Part shown: positions 30,734 through 39,777 of the stretch, piece by piece
Numbering within the stretch: position 1 is the first letter of the stretch
Layout of the letters: every line of letters begins with the position of its first letter
From: an uncultured Thermoleophilia bacterium
GTDB lineage: Bacteria; Actinomycetota; Thermoleophilia; UBA2241
DNA: 64,000 bases
Direction of reading: 5' to 3'
Assembly (NCBI GenBank): GCA_963705205.1
Contig: CAVPJG010000007.1
Span: 84,336-148,335, forward strand
Notes under the pieces: model-generated
What the model saw: only the letters and a program-made list of their open reading frames with translations
Database searches by the model: none
What the model was told of the DNA's origin: nothing
Translations under genes and position numbers: made by a program

Positions 30734-30786
30734 GATAGGGCGTCTCCAGCGAGACACCTCCGAAAGAGCGAGCCTCTTTCGCGTCG

Positions 30787-30823
30787 GCGGCGGGCGGGCC
30801 TCAGGGCCCGCCCGCCGCTTCTT
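30787..30823 (+). terminator. bidirectional hairpin terminator between groEL and the convergent cyclase gene
   Basis: ggcgggcgggcc-tca-gggcccgcccgcc is a 12-13 bp GC stem followed by gcttcttcg. A second upstream hairpin is cgaaagag-cgagc-ctctttcg. Confidence 0.5.
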
Positions 30824-30890
30824 CGTGGGCCGGCGGTGCGTATGCACCGCCGGCCTTCGCCGTTCTCGGGGCTTGCGGCGAGGCCTGCGG

Positions 30891-32333
30891 TCAGTGGGCG
30901 GTGGGCAGGGCGGCGTACAGATGCCACTTCTCCGGCACACCCTTCAGTTCGTGCTCGCCGCGGTCCGCGAAGACGAGGCCCGAACCGGCGACGAGGTCCT
31001 TCACGGTAGAGCTGACGAGGACCTCGGATGGCCCGGCGAGGGCACCCACCCTGGCGCCGATGTGCACGGCGATGCCGCCGACGTCGGCGCCCAGCAGCTC
31101 GATCTCGCCGGTGTGGCAGCCGGCCCTGATCTCGAGGCCGAGTGGCTTCACCGCCTCGCAGATGCCTTGCGCGCACTTCACAGCCCGGGCCGGCCCGTCG
31201 AAGGTGGCGAGGAAGCCGTCGCCGGCGGTGTCGACCTCGGCGCCGCGATAGCGCGCGAGCATCGCGCGCACCACCTCGCGGTGTCGTTCCAGCAACTCGG
31301 TCCATCGCCGGTCACCGAGCTCGCAGGCCTTGTCCGTCGAGCCGACGATGTCGGTGAAGAGCACGGTCGCGAGCATGCGGTCCAGGGTGGCTTCCTCGTG
31401 CTGGACGGACTGGAGGAAGGCGATCATCGCGTCGGCGTAGGCCTCCTCTTGGTCGAAGAAGGGGATCACGGCCGCTCCGGGCACGGTGACGAGGCGGGCG
31501 CCCGGGATAAGCGCGGCATTGTACTCAGCCACGCCGCGATAGGACAAGTCGGCCTGCGAGACGTTCGTCGCCGTATCCTTCGCCGGCCGCCCGAGAGCGG
31601 CGCCGCTGCCCAGCCAGGAAGGCCCGGAGCGCTCTCTCACCAGTACGGCGGCCGGGACGTGGATCGTGCGAGCGACCTCTCGGGCATCGGTCTCATACTC
31701 CGTGCGCGTGAAGGCAAGAAACCCACCGGGGGTGGTGGCGAAGCGCGCCAACCTGGCGTGTACGCGCACGAAATCCTCATCGTGCCAGGGACCATCCTCC
31801 GGACGGTCGCCGCAGGTGAGCTGGCCGATCTCAAGGGAGTGCTCGTCCTGGCCCCAGATCTCGTAGAGTCGGCTTACGAACTCCTCCTCCTCTTCGGGCT
31901 TCGTGCCCCAAGGGTAGTCCGGGGCCCACTTGACCCTCAGCTCGCCGTCGAGCAGCACGGCCAGCGTCTTCTCCGGATACGTCGCAGCGAACATCGCCGC
32001 CAGCGTTGCCGCTTCTCCCCAACCGTAGATCGCGGCTCGCTCGACGCCGGCTGCCGCGAGCACCGCGTTGACATCGTCCAGGCTCCGTTCAAGTGAGGGG
32101 TCGTCCGTGACGCGGTCGGACATGCCCGTGCCTCGGCGGTCGAAGTGAAGCACCCGGAGGCTCGTCGCGAGACGCTCGACGAAGCGAGAGAACTGGGACC
32201 ACTCCCAGTAGACCTCGATGTGCGAGTACATGCCGTTCACAAGAACGAGAGCCGGCCCGCTGCCGATGTCCTGGTAGGCGATGTACAGGCCGTCGGGGGT
32301 CTTCGCGTAGTGGATCGGTGGCGCCTCGGTCAT
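30891..32333 (-). CDS. alpha/beta-hydrolase domain fused to class III adenylate/guanylate cyclase (LipJ-like)
   Basis: ATG 32333 follows a GGGAGC RBS. N-terminal abhydrolase fold (LVLVNGMYSHIE ... GWGEAATLAA). C-terminal CHD cyclase domain (TVLFTDIVGST ... GDGFLATFDG ... RAGCHTGE). Confidence 0.8.
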   Translation of the reverse strand: MTEAPPIHYAKTPDGLYIAYQDIGSGPALVLVNGMYSHIEVYWEWSQFSRFVERLATSLRVLHFDRRGTGMSDRVTDDPSLERSLDDVNAVLAAAGVERAAIYGWGEAATLAAMFAATYPEKTLAVLLDGELRVKWAPDYPWGTKPEEEEEFVSRLYEIWGQDEHSLEIGQLTCGDRPEDGPWHDEDFVRVHARLARFATTPGGFLAFTRTEYETDAREVARTIHVPAAVLVRERSGPSWLGSGAALGRPAKDTATNVSQADLSYRGVAEYNAALIPGARLVTVPGAAVIPFFDQEEAYADAMIAFLQSVQHEEATLDRMLATVLFTDIVGSTDKACELGDRRWTELLERHREVVRAMLARYRGAEVDTAGDGFLATFDGPARAVKCAQGICEAVKPLGLEIRAGCHTGEIELLGADVGGIAVHIGARVGALAGPSEVLVSSTVKDLVAGSGLVFADRGEHELKGVPEKWHLYAALPTAH

Positions 32334-32349
32334 CGGTAGCTCCCGGGTC

Positions 32350-32463
32350 TTAGCCAGCCCCTGGCGACGCGAGGTACGGCCGCCACCTCTCCGGCACACC
32401 CTTCAGCTCATGCTCGCCGCGGTCCTCGAAGACGAGGCCGAAGCCGAGGGGGATGCCGTTCAT
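32350..32463 (-). pseudogene. 37-codon remnant of a cyclase 3' end (MNGIPLGFGLVFEDRGEHELKGVPERW...)
   Basis: A ~50-nt segment at 32383-32432 is ~90% identical to 30925-30975, the true 3' end of the adjacent cyclase. It encodes the same GLVF.DRGEHELKGVPE.W C-terminal motif. It lies between the cNMP-binding gene and cyclase 1. Confidence 0.4.
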
Positions 32464-32487
32464 TTCGCGTCAGCCACGTCCTGGTCC

Positions 32488-33429
32488 TCAGGCGACCGGC
32501 GCTGCCGCCCGTTGCAGGTCGCGCAGGATCTCCACCATGCCGTCGAGCAGGCCGATGGCCATCGCGGGCTCGGCCTTGAGCAGCTTCTGGAAGTCGGCGC
32601 GCGTGATCCTCGCTGTGGTGAGCTCGCCGATCGCCGAGACGGTCGCGGCTCGCGGGGCGCCGTCGATGAGCGCGAGCTCGCCGAAGCAGTCATCCGTGCC
32701 GAGCTCGCGCGAGTGCCCGCTCGGGGTGCGCGCGCGAGCGCGGCCGTTCAGGATGACGTGCATGGAGTCGCCGCGCCCGCCCGCCGCCACGACAGTATCG
32801 CCGTCGGCGAAGCGCTCTACGGTGACGTACTTGCCGAGCTTGTGGAGGTGCTGTTCCGAGAGCGCCGCGAAGACTTCGACGTGGCGCAGGATCATCAGCC
32901 AGCTGAGAGCGTCGATACCTTCAAGAGGCTTGCCCTCGGCTTCTGTCGACGTCGCCTCTTCGGGTTCTGGCCGCTTGCCGACGCGCCCGTGGTCGGGAAT
33001 GCGCTGCGCGTCCACTCGCAGCAGGTCGCGCGCGATCACAGCGACGCCGGGCAGGAGGCCGACGGCCAGGGCGGGCTCGTCGCCGAGGAGCGTGCGGAAC
33101 TCGGTGCGGTCGATGCAGGCCGCCGTCACCGGACCGGCGGCGTTGACCGTCGCCGCTCGAGGCGCACCGTCGATGAGGGAGAGCTCACCGAAGTACTCGT
33201 GCGAGACGAGGAGACGCTCGTTCCCGACGGCGGGCGCGATGAGGACGTCACCGCTCAGTATCACGATGAACGAATCACCCGGCTCGCCCTCGCGCACGAT
33301 CACCTCGCCGTTGCCGTAGCGCTGCACTCTGGCGAGCTCCGCGATCCTCTTCCGGTGCCGCCGCGGCAGCGTCTGGAACAGCGGGGTGCGCTCCAGCGTC
33401 TTCAGATCAGCGGGTGTCATCTCGCTCAT
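32488..33429 (-). CDS. protein with two tandem cyclic-nucleotide-binding (CAP-effector) domains and no output domain
   Basis: ATG 33429 is preceded by AAGGGAGGGA. Two cNMP-binding domains each have FGELSLIDGAPRAATV / FGELALIDGAPRAATV phosphate-binding cassettes. Length 313 aa. Confidence 0.8.
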   Translation of the reverse strand: MSEMTPADLKTLERTPLFQTLPRRHRKRIAELARVQRYGNGEVIVREGEPGDSFIVILSGDVLIAPAVGNERLLVSHEYFGELSLIDGAPRAATVNAAGPVTAACIDRTEFRTLLGDEPALAVGLLPGVAVIARDLLRVDAQRIPDHGRVGKRPEPEEATSTEAEGKPLEGIDALSWLMILRHVEVFAALSEQHLHKLGKYVTVERFADGDTVVAAGGRGDSMHVILNGRARARTPSGHSRELGTDDCFGELALIDGAPRAATVSAIGELTTARITRADFQKLLKAEPAMAIGLLDGMVEILRDLQRAAAPVA

Positions 33430-34837
33430 CGTCCCTCCCTTCGCGATCGCCGGATGGGTCCGGCGACCGGTTGGACTCCGTGGCCGGCGCGCAGAGGTGC
33501 CACGCCTCCGGGATGCCTTTGAAGTGGGCGCCGCGGTCCTTGAACGCATACCGCCGCCCAACAAGAGGCCTCATGTCGACGTGACCAGAGACCTCCGATG
33601 GTCCGGCCAGCGCTCCGACGCGGGCGCCGATGTGCACGGCGACGCCGCCGACGTCGGCGTCCAGCAGCTCGATCTCGCCGGTGTGGCAGCCGGCACGCAC
33701 CTCGAGGCCGAGCTGCCTCACCGCGGTGCAGATGCCCTCAGCGCACTTGACCGCTCGCGCCGGCCCGTCGAAGGTCGCAAGGAAGCCGTCACCTGTCGTC
33801 TTGACTACGTTGCCGCGGTATCTGGCAAGGAACGCGCGCACCGTCTGGTTGTGCTTCTCCAGGAGCTCCGTCCAGCAGGCGTCACCGACTTGGCATGCCT
33901 TGTGCGTCGAGCCGACGACGTCCGTGAACAGCACCGTCGCCAGCATGCGGTCGAGTCCGGCCTCTTCGTGCCGGACGGATTCGACGAACCGTTCGATCGC
34001 CGAGACGATCGCCTCCGGCTCGTTCACCCAGATCACGGCATGGGGTGTCGCGACACCGATCAGCCGGGCTACCGGGATCAGGCTCGCCTCGAATCGAGCC
34101 AGCTCCTCTTCCCGGCGGTCAAGTGAGCTGTAGAGGACGGCCGTGGGCGTCGAGATCGAGCCCAGAAGCGGCCGGATGTCCGTCTCGGTCCACATGCGGT
34201 CGAAGGCCTCGTAGCTCGCTGGGGTCGCAGCGAAGCGGGCCAGCTTCGCGTTCCAGGCGATGAAGTCCGGCTCGTTGTACGGCCTGCATGTGGCTTCGCC
34301 GCCGTCGAGGTAGCCGTCGCTGATGAACGCCCGTGCCTGCTCCTCGCTGCCCCATCCCCTGAGGAGGGCGGCGAGATCGGCCTCGTACTCGTCCTCCGGC
34401 TCTCCCCAGGGGTAGTCGGGCTCCCGCCGGTTGTGGAGCGACCCCCAGTGCACCCAGCACAGCGTGCGCTCGGGGTGTGTGGCGGCAAAGAAGGCCGCGA
34501 GCTCGGGACCGGGCCCGCCCCAGCCGAGAAGCGCGGCTCTCTCCGTGCCGGCTGCGTCCATGACCGCGCGCACGTCATCTGCGAGGACGCCGATGTCGGG
34601 GGTGCCGGCCGCGCGGTCCGACATGCCGATGCCGCGCTTGTCGAAGACGAGGACGCGCAGGTTGCGTGACAGCCGGCGGAGAAAGCGCACGTAGCGTGGC
34701 TGCTCCCAGTACACTTCGAGGTGCGAGACCCAGCCATGTACCACGAGGAGAGTGACGGAGCCTTCGCCCAGGTCCTGGTAGGCGATGCAGGCGCCGTCGA
34801 CCGTCCTGGCCCAGTGAGTCTGTGGGACGTTCGTCAC
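33407..34837 (-). CDS. alpha/beta-hydrolase domain fused to class III adenylate cyclase, paralogue 2
   Basis: Collinear with the 30891-32333 gene (VTNVPQTHWARTVDGACIAYQDLG vs MTEAPPIHYAKTPDGLYIAYQDIG; LATVLFTDVVGSTHKA ... GDGFLATFDGPARAVKCAEGIC). GTG 34837 was chosen by alignment to the paralogue. The upstream 117 codons of ORF 35188 are low-complexity. Confidence 0.7.
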   Translation of the reverse strand: MTNVPQTHWARTVDGACIAYQDLGEGSVTLLVVHGWVSHLEVYWEQPRYVRFLRRLSRNLRVLVFDKRGIGMSDRAAGTPDIGVLADDVRAVMDAAGTERAALLGWGGPGPELAAFFAATHPERTLCWVHWGSLHNRREPDYPWGEPEDEYEADLAALLRGWGSEEQARAFISDGYLDGGEATCRPYNEPDFIAWNAKLARFAATPASYEAFDRMWTETDIRPLLGSISTPTAVLYSSLDRREEELARFEASLIPVARLIGVATPHAVIWVNEPEAIVSAIERFVESVRHEEAGLDRMLATVLFTDVVGSTHKACQVGDACWTELLEKHNQTVRAFLARYRGNVVKTTGDGFLATFDGPARAVKCAEGICTAVRQLGLEVRAGCHTGEIELLDADVGGVAVHIGARVGALAGPSEVSGHVDMRPLVGRRYAFKDRGAHFKGIPEAWHLCAPATESNRSPDPSGDREGRDDERDDTR

Positions 34838-35082
34838 GGCGCGCTCCGGCGCGGCACGGTCTGCATCGGCTGGCCCCTTCGGCGAGTGCAGGGTGGCCTG
34901 TGAACTCACAATAGTGACGTGAGGCACACGGGACAACGGGAGTCCCCGTTGCCGCGCGACAGTCACCACGCTCGCAGCCGCCCCTTGACGGAGAGTCGTA
35001 CGCTCGATAGCGTCCCGGCCATCTGAGGAGCGCCGCTCCGGTCTCGCCCGGCGGCGCGACACGACAGACCGGGGGGTCTCAC

Positions 35083-36921
35083 ATGGCTCGAGCGGACTGC
35101 CGGCGCGGGCGGCGGCGAGCCGTTCCTCGCCCTCATCTTCTTGGTCCACTGCTGGGCCGCGTGCGTGGGCGCGTCTCGGCGCCGGCACCTCGCCCTCGCA
35201 CCCCGGCCGCCGACAAGGTCACGCTGCGCCTCGGCTGGACCGAGAGCCCCCTCAACCTCAATCCCTTCATCGGCTACAGCAACTCCTACGAGATCTGGCT
35301 GCTCAACTACGACACGCTGGTCGCCGTCGGCGCCGACGGGCTGCCGTCAAAGGAGACCGGTCTGGCCGAGGACTGGACGCTCTCGGAGGACGAGAAGGAG
35401 TGGACCTTCAAGATCCGCGAGGGCGTCACGTGGCAGGACGGCGAGCCGCTCACCGCGCGCGACGTCGCCTGGACCTTCAACACCATCATCGAGGAAGAGC
35501 TCAGCCTTGCGGTCTACCTCAAGGACGTGGAGAAGGCGGTCGCCGTCGACGACACCACGCTCAAGGTGTACTGCAGCGCGCCCAAGGCGAACATGCTGCT
35601 CACGCAGGTCTACATCTACATCCTGCCGGAGCACATCTGGGGCAAGCTCAGCGCCGACGAGATGAGCAACACCTTCCGCAACCCGCTGCCGATCGTAGGG
35701 TCGGGCCCGTTCCAGACGGTGGAGTTCAAGAAGGATGGGTACGTCAAGATGGTCCGCAATCCGACGTACTGGGGCCAGCAGCCGACGATCGACGAGGTCA
35801 TCTTCCAGTACTACACCAACTCGGACACGATGGTGCAGGACCTCAAGAGCGGGGCCATCGACGGCGCCCAGGTCATCCCAGCTACGCAGTTCAAGCAGTT
35901 GCAGAGCGAGCCCGGGATCGAGGCGATCCCATACCCGCTGTACAACTGGGAGTACATCGACATCAACTGCTACGACAGCCCGGACTCGCTTGGCAATCCG
36001 GTGCTGCGCGACCCCACGTTCCGCGTGGCCATGGCGTGGGCGATCGACCGCGAGAAGTGCGCGAGCCTCGCCTGGAACGGTCTCGCCGACCCCGGGTACG
36101 GCATCTTCCCGAAGAAGGGCTGGCCCGAGACGGCGAACCCCTACTACCAGCCGGACGCGGCGAACACCATCGGCTTCGACCTCGAGAAGGCGAAGGGGCT
36201 CATGGACGAAGCCGGCTACAGGGACGCTGACGGCGACGGCGTCCGTGAGGACAAGAAGGGCGAGCCCATCAAGCTCCGCCTGTGGGCGCGCGACATCTCG
36301 CCCGAGAGCCAGGTGCAGGGCAAGCTCATCGCCGGCTGGCTGCAGGACATCGGCCTGGAGATCGACTACTCGGTCGTGGACGAGGGCGCGCTCGGCGACG
36401 ACATCTGGAACTACAAGGGTGACACCTACGCGCCCGACTACGACCTCGCGCTCTGGGACTTCATGGGCTACATCGACCCCGGCGACTCCGCCGCCTGCTT
36501 CACCACCGACCAGATCGAGAACTACAACGAGATGAACTGGTCCAACGCGGAGTACGACAGGCTCACCGTGGAGCAGTACCGCGAGATGGACACGGCGGCG
36601 CGCATGGAACTGCTCAAGCAGGCGCAGGGCGTGATGTACGCCGAGCAGCCGATGATCGTCATCGACTACCCGTCGGTGCTGCAGGCCGTGGACACCTCGC
36701 GGTGGGAGGGCTGGCAGCCGTACGTCGGTGGCAGCGTGTGGAACAACTTCCTCGACCGTCAGAGCTACCTGGAGCTGAAGCCGAAAGCGGCGACAGCGGC
36801 GAGTGACGAGGGCGGGTCGTCGGTCCTGGCGTGGGTCCTCGTCGGCGTCGCCGCGTTCGTCGGCGCCGCGATCGTGGTCTGGCTGAAGCGTCGCGGCTCC
36901 GGGCGCGCGGTCGAAGAGTGA
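35083..36921 (+). CDS. ABC transporter substrate-binding protein, family 5 (peptide/nickel/opine type), with C-terminal transmembrane anchor
   Basis: SBP_bac_5 fold (LRLGWTESPLNLNPFIGYSNSYEIWLLNYDTLV ... GPFQTVEFKKDGYVKMVRNPTYWG). The C-terminus SVLAWVLVGVAAFVGAAIVVWLKRRGSGR is a TM helix plus basic stop-transfer. No clean signal peptide is present in this frame; a hydrophobic FLALIFLVHCWAAC segment sits in the +1 frame at 35120-35165. Confidence 0.75.
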   Translation: MARADCRRGRRRAVPRPHLLGPLLGRVRGRVSAPAPRPRTPAADKVTLRLGWTESPLNLNPFIGYSNSYEIWLLNYDTLVAVGADGLPSKETGLAEDWTLSEDEKEWTFKIREGVTWQDGEPLTARDVAWTFNTIIEEELSLAVYLKDVEKAVAVDDTTLKVYCSAPKANMLLTQVYIYILPEHIWGKLSADEMSNTFRNPLPIVGSGPFQTVEFKKDGYVKMVRNPTYWGQQPTIDEVIFQYYTNSDTMVQDLKSGAIDGAQVIPATQFKQLQSEPGIEAIPYPLYNWEYIDINCYDSPDSLGNPVLRDPTFRVAMAWAIDREKCASLAWNGLADPGYGIFPKKGWPETANPYYQPDAANTIGFDLEKAKGLMDEAGYRDADGDGVREDKKGEPIKLRLWARDISPESQVQGKLIAGWLQDIGLEIDYSVVDEGALGDDIWNYKGDTYAPDYDLALWDFMGYIDPGDSAACFTTDQIENYNEMNWSNAEYDRLTVEQYREMDTAARMELLKQAQGVMYAEQPMIVIDYPSVLQAVDTSRWEGWQPYVGGSVWNNFLDRQSYLELKPKAATAASDEGGSSVLAWVLVGVAAFVGAAIVVWLKRRGSGRAVEE

Positions 36922-37718
36922 CCGCGCCCGGCGACTACCACGTCCACACCACGTGGTCTGACGGCACCGGCAGCGTCGAGGAGTGTGTGCTGCGCGCCGT
37001 CGAGCTCGGGCTGCCCGAGATCGGCATCGCCGACCACGTCTCGACGGCGGCCAGACCCGGCGAGGAGTGGTGTGTCCCGCTCGACCGGCTGGACGCGTAC
37101 TGCGAGGACGTCCGCGCCGCGGCGGCGCGGCATCCGGGGATCAAGGTGCTGCTCGGCCTCGAGGCGGAGTACCTGGACGGCGGCGAGGCCGAGCTGGACG
37201 CGCTGCTCGACGCCTGGCCGTTCGACTTCGTCGTCCTCGGGGTGCATGTGGTGGACGGGTTCGACTTCGACGACCCTTCCCTGCGCGCGGATCCGCGCTG
37301 GGACGACCCCGATGCATTGCTCAAGGCCTACTACCGCATCGTGCGGCGGGCGTCCGAGCACGGCCGGTTCGACATCCTCGCGCACGTGGATTACATCGGC
37401 CTCTGGGGACACCGGCCGGGACCCTCCGTCCTGCCGGAGATCGACGCGGCGCTGGACGCGCTGGCCGCGTCGGGACGCGCGCTGGAGCTGAACACCGACC
37501 GCGTCAGCGACCCGGCCGGCGTCATGTACCCGTCGCTCGAGATCCTGCGTGCCGCACGCGTGCGCGGCATCCCGCTGACGATCGACTCGGACGCGCACGA
37601 GGCGGCGCACGTCGGCCGTCTGTGGGGCGAGGCCATCGCCCTAGCGCGCGCGGCCGGCTACCGCGAGACGCTGCGCGTGTCCGACCACACGCTGGTGCCG
37701 CTCCCGGACCGGGCCTGA
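36918..37718 (+). CDS. PHP-domain phosphoesterase (histidinol-phosphatase HisJ family)
   Basis: GTG 36918 overlaps the SBP stop (GTGA). DYHVHTTWSDGTGSVEE ... IGIADHV ... LGLEAEY ... ILAHVDYI ... DSDAHE are the PHP metal-binding motifs. Confidence 0.7.
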   Translation: MTAPGDYHVHTTWSDGTGSVEECVLRAVELGLPEIGIADHVSTAARPGEEWCVPLDRLDAYCEDVRAAAARHPGIKVLLGLEAEYLDGGEAELDALLDAWPFDFVVLGVHVVDGFDFDDPSLRADPRWDDPDALLKAYYRIVRRASEHGRFDILAHVDYIGLWGHRPGPSVLPEIDAALDALAASGRALELNTDRVSDPAGVMYPSLEILRAARVRGIPLTIDSDAHEAAHVGRLWGEAIALARAAGYRETLRVSDHTLVPLPDRA

Positions 37719-37846
37719 GCTCGAGGGGGTGGGGAACGCCTGCGCCGTCCCCGCCTCAGCATGACGGCGGTCCGCGCCGCCGTCCGTAGTATCGTTGGTG
37801 TCGCTGCGGCCGGATGAGCTCAAGCATCGCGACGTCGGGGTGGACA

Positions 37847-39289
37847 ATGGAGAGTTGCAGGAACCTGATCGGCGGCGAGTGGATCGGTGCCAGTGACCAC
37901 GCGAGCTTGGAGACGAGGAACCCGGCGCGAGCCGACGAGGTCCTCGCCGTGTTCCCCAGCGCGACCGCCGAGGACGCGGCGCAGGCGGCGGCCGCCGCGG
38001 CCGAGGCCTTCCCGGCCTGGGCGGCCACGCCGGCTCCCGCGCGCGGCGCCATCCTCTTCAGGGCCGCCGAGCTGCTCACCGAGCGCCTCGACGAGGTCGC
38101 GCGCACGCTCACGCGCGAGGAGGGCAAGACACTCGCCGAGGCGACCGGCGAGGTCGTCCGCGCCCGCGACATCCTGCGCTACTTCGGCGGAGAGGGCTGG
38201 CGGCCCGGCGGCGACGTCCTGCCGCCCAACACGGCGAACGCCATGTTGTTCAGCCGCCGTGAGCCGCTCGGCGTGGTGGCCGCGATCACGCCCTGGAACT
38301 TCCCCATCGCCATCCCGGCGTGGAAGATCGCGCCGGCACTCGTCTACGGCAACGCCGTCGTCTTCAAGCCGGCGTCGGCCACCCCGCTCACGGCGCTCCG
38401 CCTGGTCGAGTGCCTCGTCGACGCCGGCCTGCCGGCCGGCGTCCTCAACCTCGTCACCGGTCAAGGGTCCGTGGTCGGCGGCGCCCTGGCCGGCGACCCG
38501 GTGGTGAGCGGCCTCACCTTCACCGGGTCGCACGCCACGGGCGTGCGCATCTACGGGCGCGCGACGGGTCACTTCGCGCGCGTCCAGCTCGAGATGGGCG
38601 GCAAGAACCCGATGATCGTGCTCGACGACGCCGACCTCGGCCTCGCCGTCAAGCTGGCCATCATGGGCGGCTTCGCGCTCACCGGACAGAGCTGCACGGC
38701 CACCAGCCGGGTGATCGTCGAGGACGGCATCGCCGACCGGTTCGCGGCGGCGCTCGCGGAGGCCGCCAACGCGCTCCACGTCGGCGATGGACTCGAGGAA
38801 GGCGTGCAGATGGGCCCGGCCGTGAGCGAGGACCAGCTGGCGACCGACCTCGAGTACGTACGCATCGGCCGCGAGGAGGGCGCTGAGCTCCTCGCCGGCG
38901 GCGGCCGGGCCGGCGAGGACGGCCACTTCCTGCGGCCGACGGTGTTCGACGGCGTGGATGTCCACAGCCGGCTCGGCCAGGAGGAGATCTTCGGCCCGGT
39001 GGTCGGGATCTTGCGCGCCCGGGACCTCGATGACGCCATCTTCAAGGCCAACGCTGTCGGCTACGGGCTCGCCGCGAGTGTCGTGACCAGCGACCTGCGC
39101 CGGGCGATGGCGTTCGTCGATCGCATCGAGGCCGGCGTGGTCAAGGTCAACGAGCCGACGACGGGCCTGGCCCTGCAGGCACCCTTCGGCGGCTTCAAGC
39201 AGTCGAGCGCCAACACGTTCAAGGAGCAGGGCCCCGCGGCCCTCGACTTCTACACCCGCACCAAGACCGTGTACGTGACCTACGCCTGA
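37847..39289 (+). CDS. NAD(P)+-dependent aldehyde dehydrogenase
   Basis: ALDH motifs: FTGSHATGVRI, LEMGGKNPMIVLDDADL, catalytic GQSCTATSRVIV, and EEIFGPVV. The start is ATG 37847; ATG 37814 is an alternative. Confidence 0.9.
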   Translation: MESCRNLIGGEWIGASDHASLETRNPARADEVLAVFPSATAEDAAQAAAAAAEAFPAWAATPAPARGAILFRAAELLTERLDEVARTLTREEGKTLAEATGEVVRARDILRYFGGEGWRPGGDVLPPNTANAMLFSRREPLGVVAAITPWNFPIAIPAWKIAPALVYGNAVVFKPASATPLTALRLVECLVDAGLPAGVLNLVTGQGSVVGGALAGDPVVSGLTFTGSHATGVRIYGRATGHFARVQLEMGGKNPMIVLDDADLGLAVKLAIMGGFALTGQSCTATSRVIVEDGIADRFAAALAEAANALHVGDGLEEGVQMGPAVSEDQLATDLEYVRIGREEGAELLAGGGRAGEDGHFLRPTVFDGVDVHSRLGQEEIFGPVVGILRARDLDDAIFKANAVGYGLAASVVTSDLRRAMAFVDRIEAGVVKVNEPTTGLALQAPFGGFKQSSANTFKEQGPAALDFYTRTKTVYVTYA

Positions 39290-39777
39290 GCGGCGCCCTG
39301 CCGTGCCGTGGCCAACCCCGGCTGCGCAGGTGCTGTTGCCGACGTCGCCGCGACGGGTAGACTCTCCGTATGGCAGGGGATGTCATTGAGTCGACGCACG
39401 TGCTGTTCGTCACCGGCCCGATGAGGGAGCGGCTGTACCGGCGCTTCTGCGCGCTCTTCGACGGGCGTGACGACGTGGAGGTCAGGATCGACCGCCGCGT
39501 TGCCGAGCGACGCCGCCGCATGGGCAGCCCGCTGGACCGCGAGCGGCGGTCCGGCGACCGCCGCCGCCGGCGCCCGGAGTGGATCGTCCCCCGCCCGAGG
39601 GCGTGTGACCAACCCGTGACCCCGCTCCCGCGGGCGCTCACGCATCCAGCGCCGAACCAGGTTCCCGGGCCCCGCGCATTGACGGACGCAGCCGAGTCAA
39701 CCGCCGGTGCGCCGCAAGTACGCCGACTATATACTCTGCAGACGTCCGTCCCGGGTAATCGTCGTGGAGGTTGTTCA

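Noticed and set aside
32334-32399. Longer start (ATG 32399) for cyclase 1.
   Set aside because: The extra 22 residues are Arg/Gly-rich and overlap the cyclase 3' remnant. ATG 32333 has a GGGAGC RBS and aligns with the paralogue's start.
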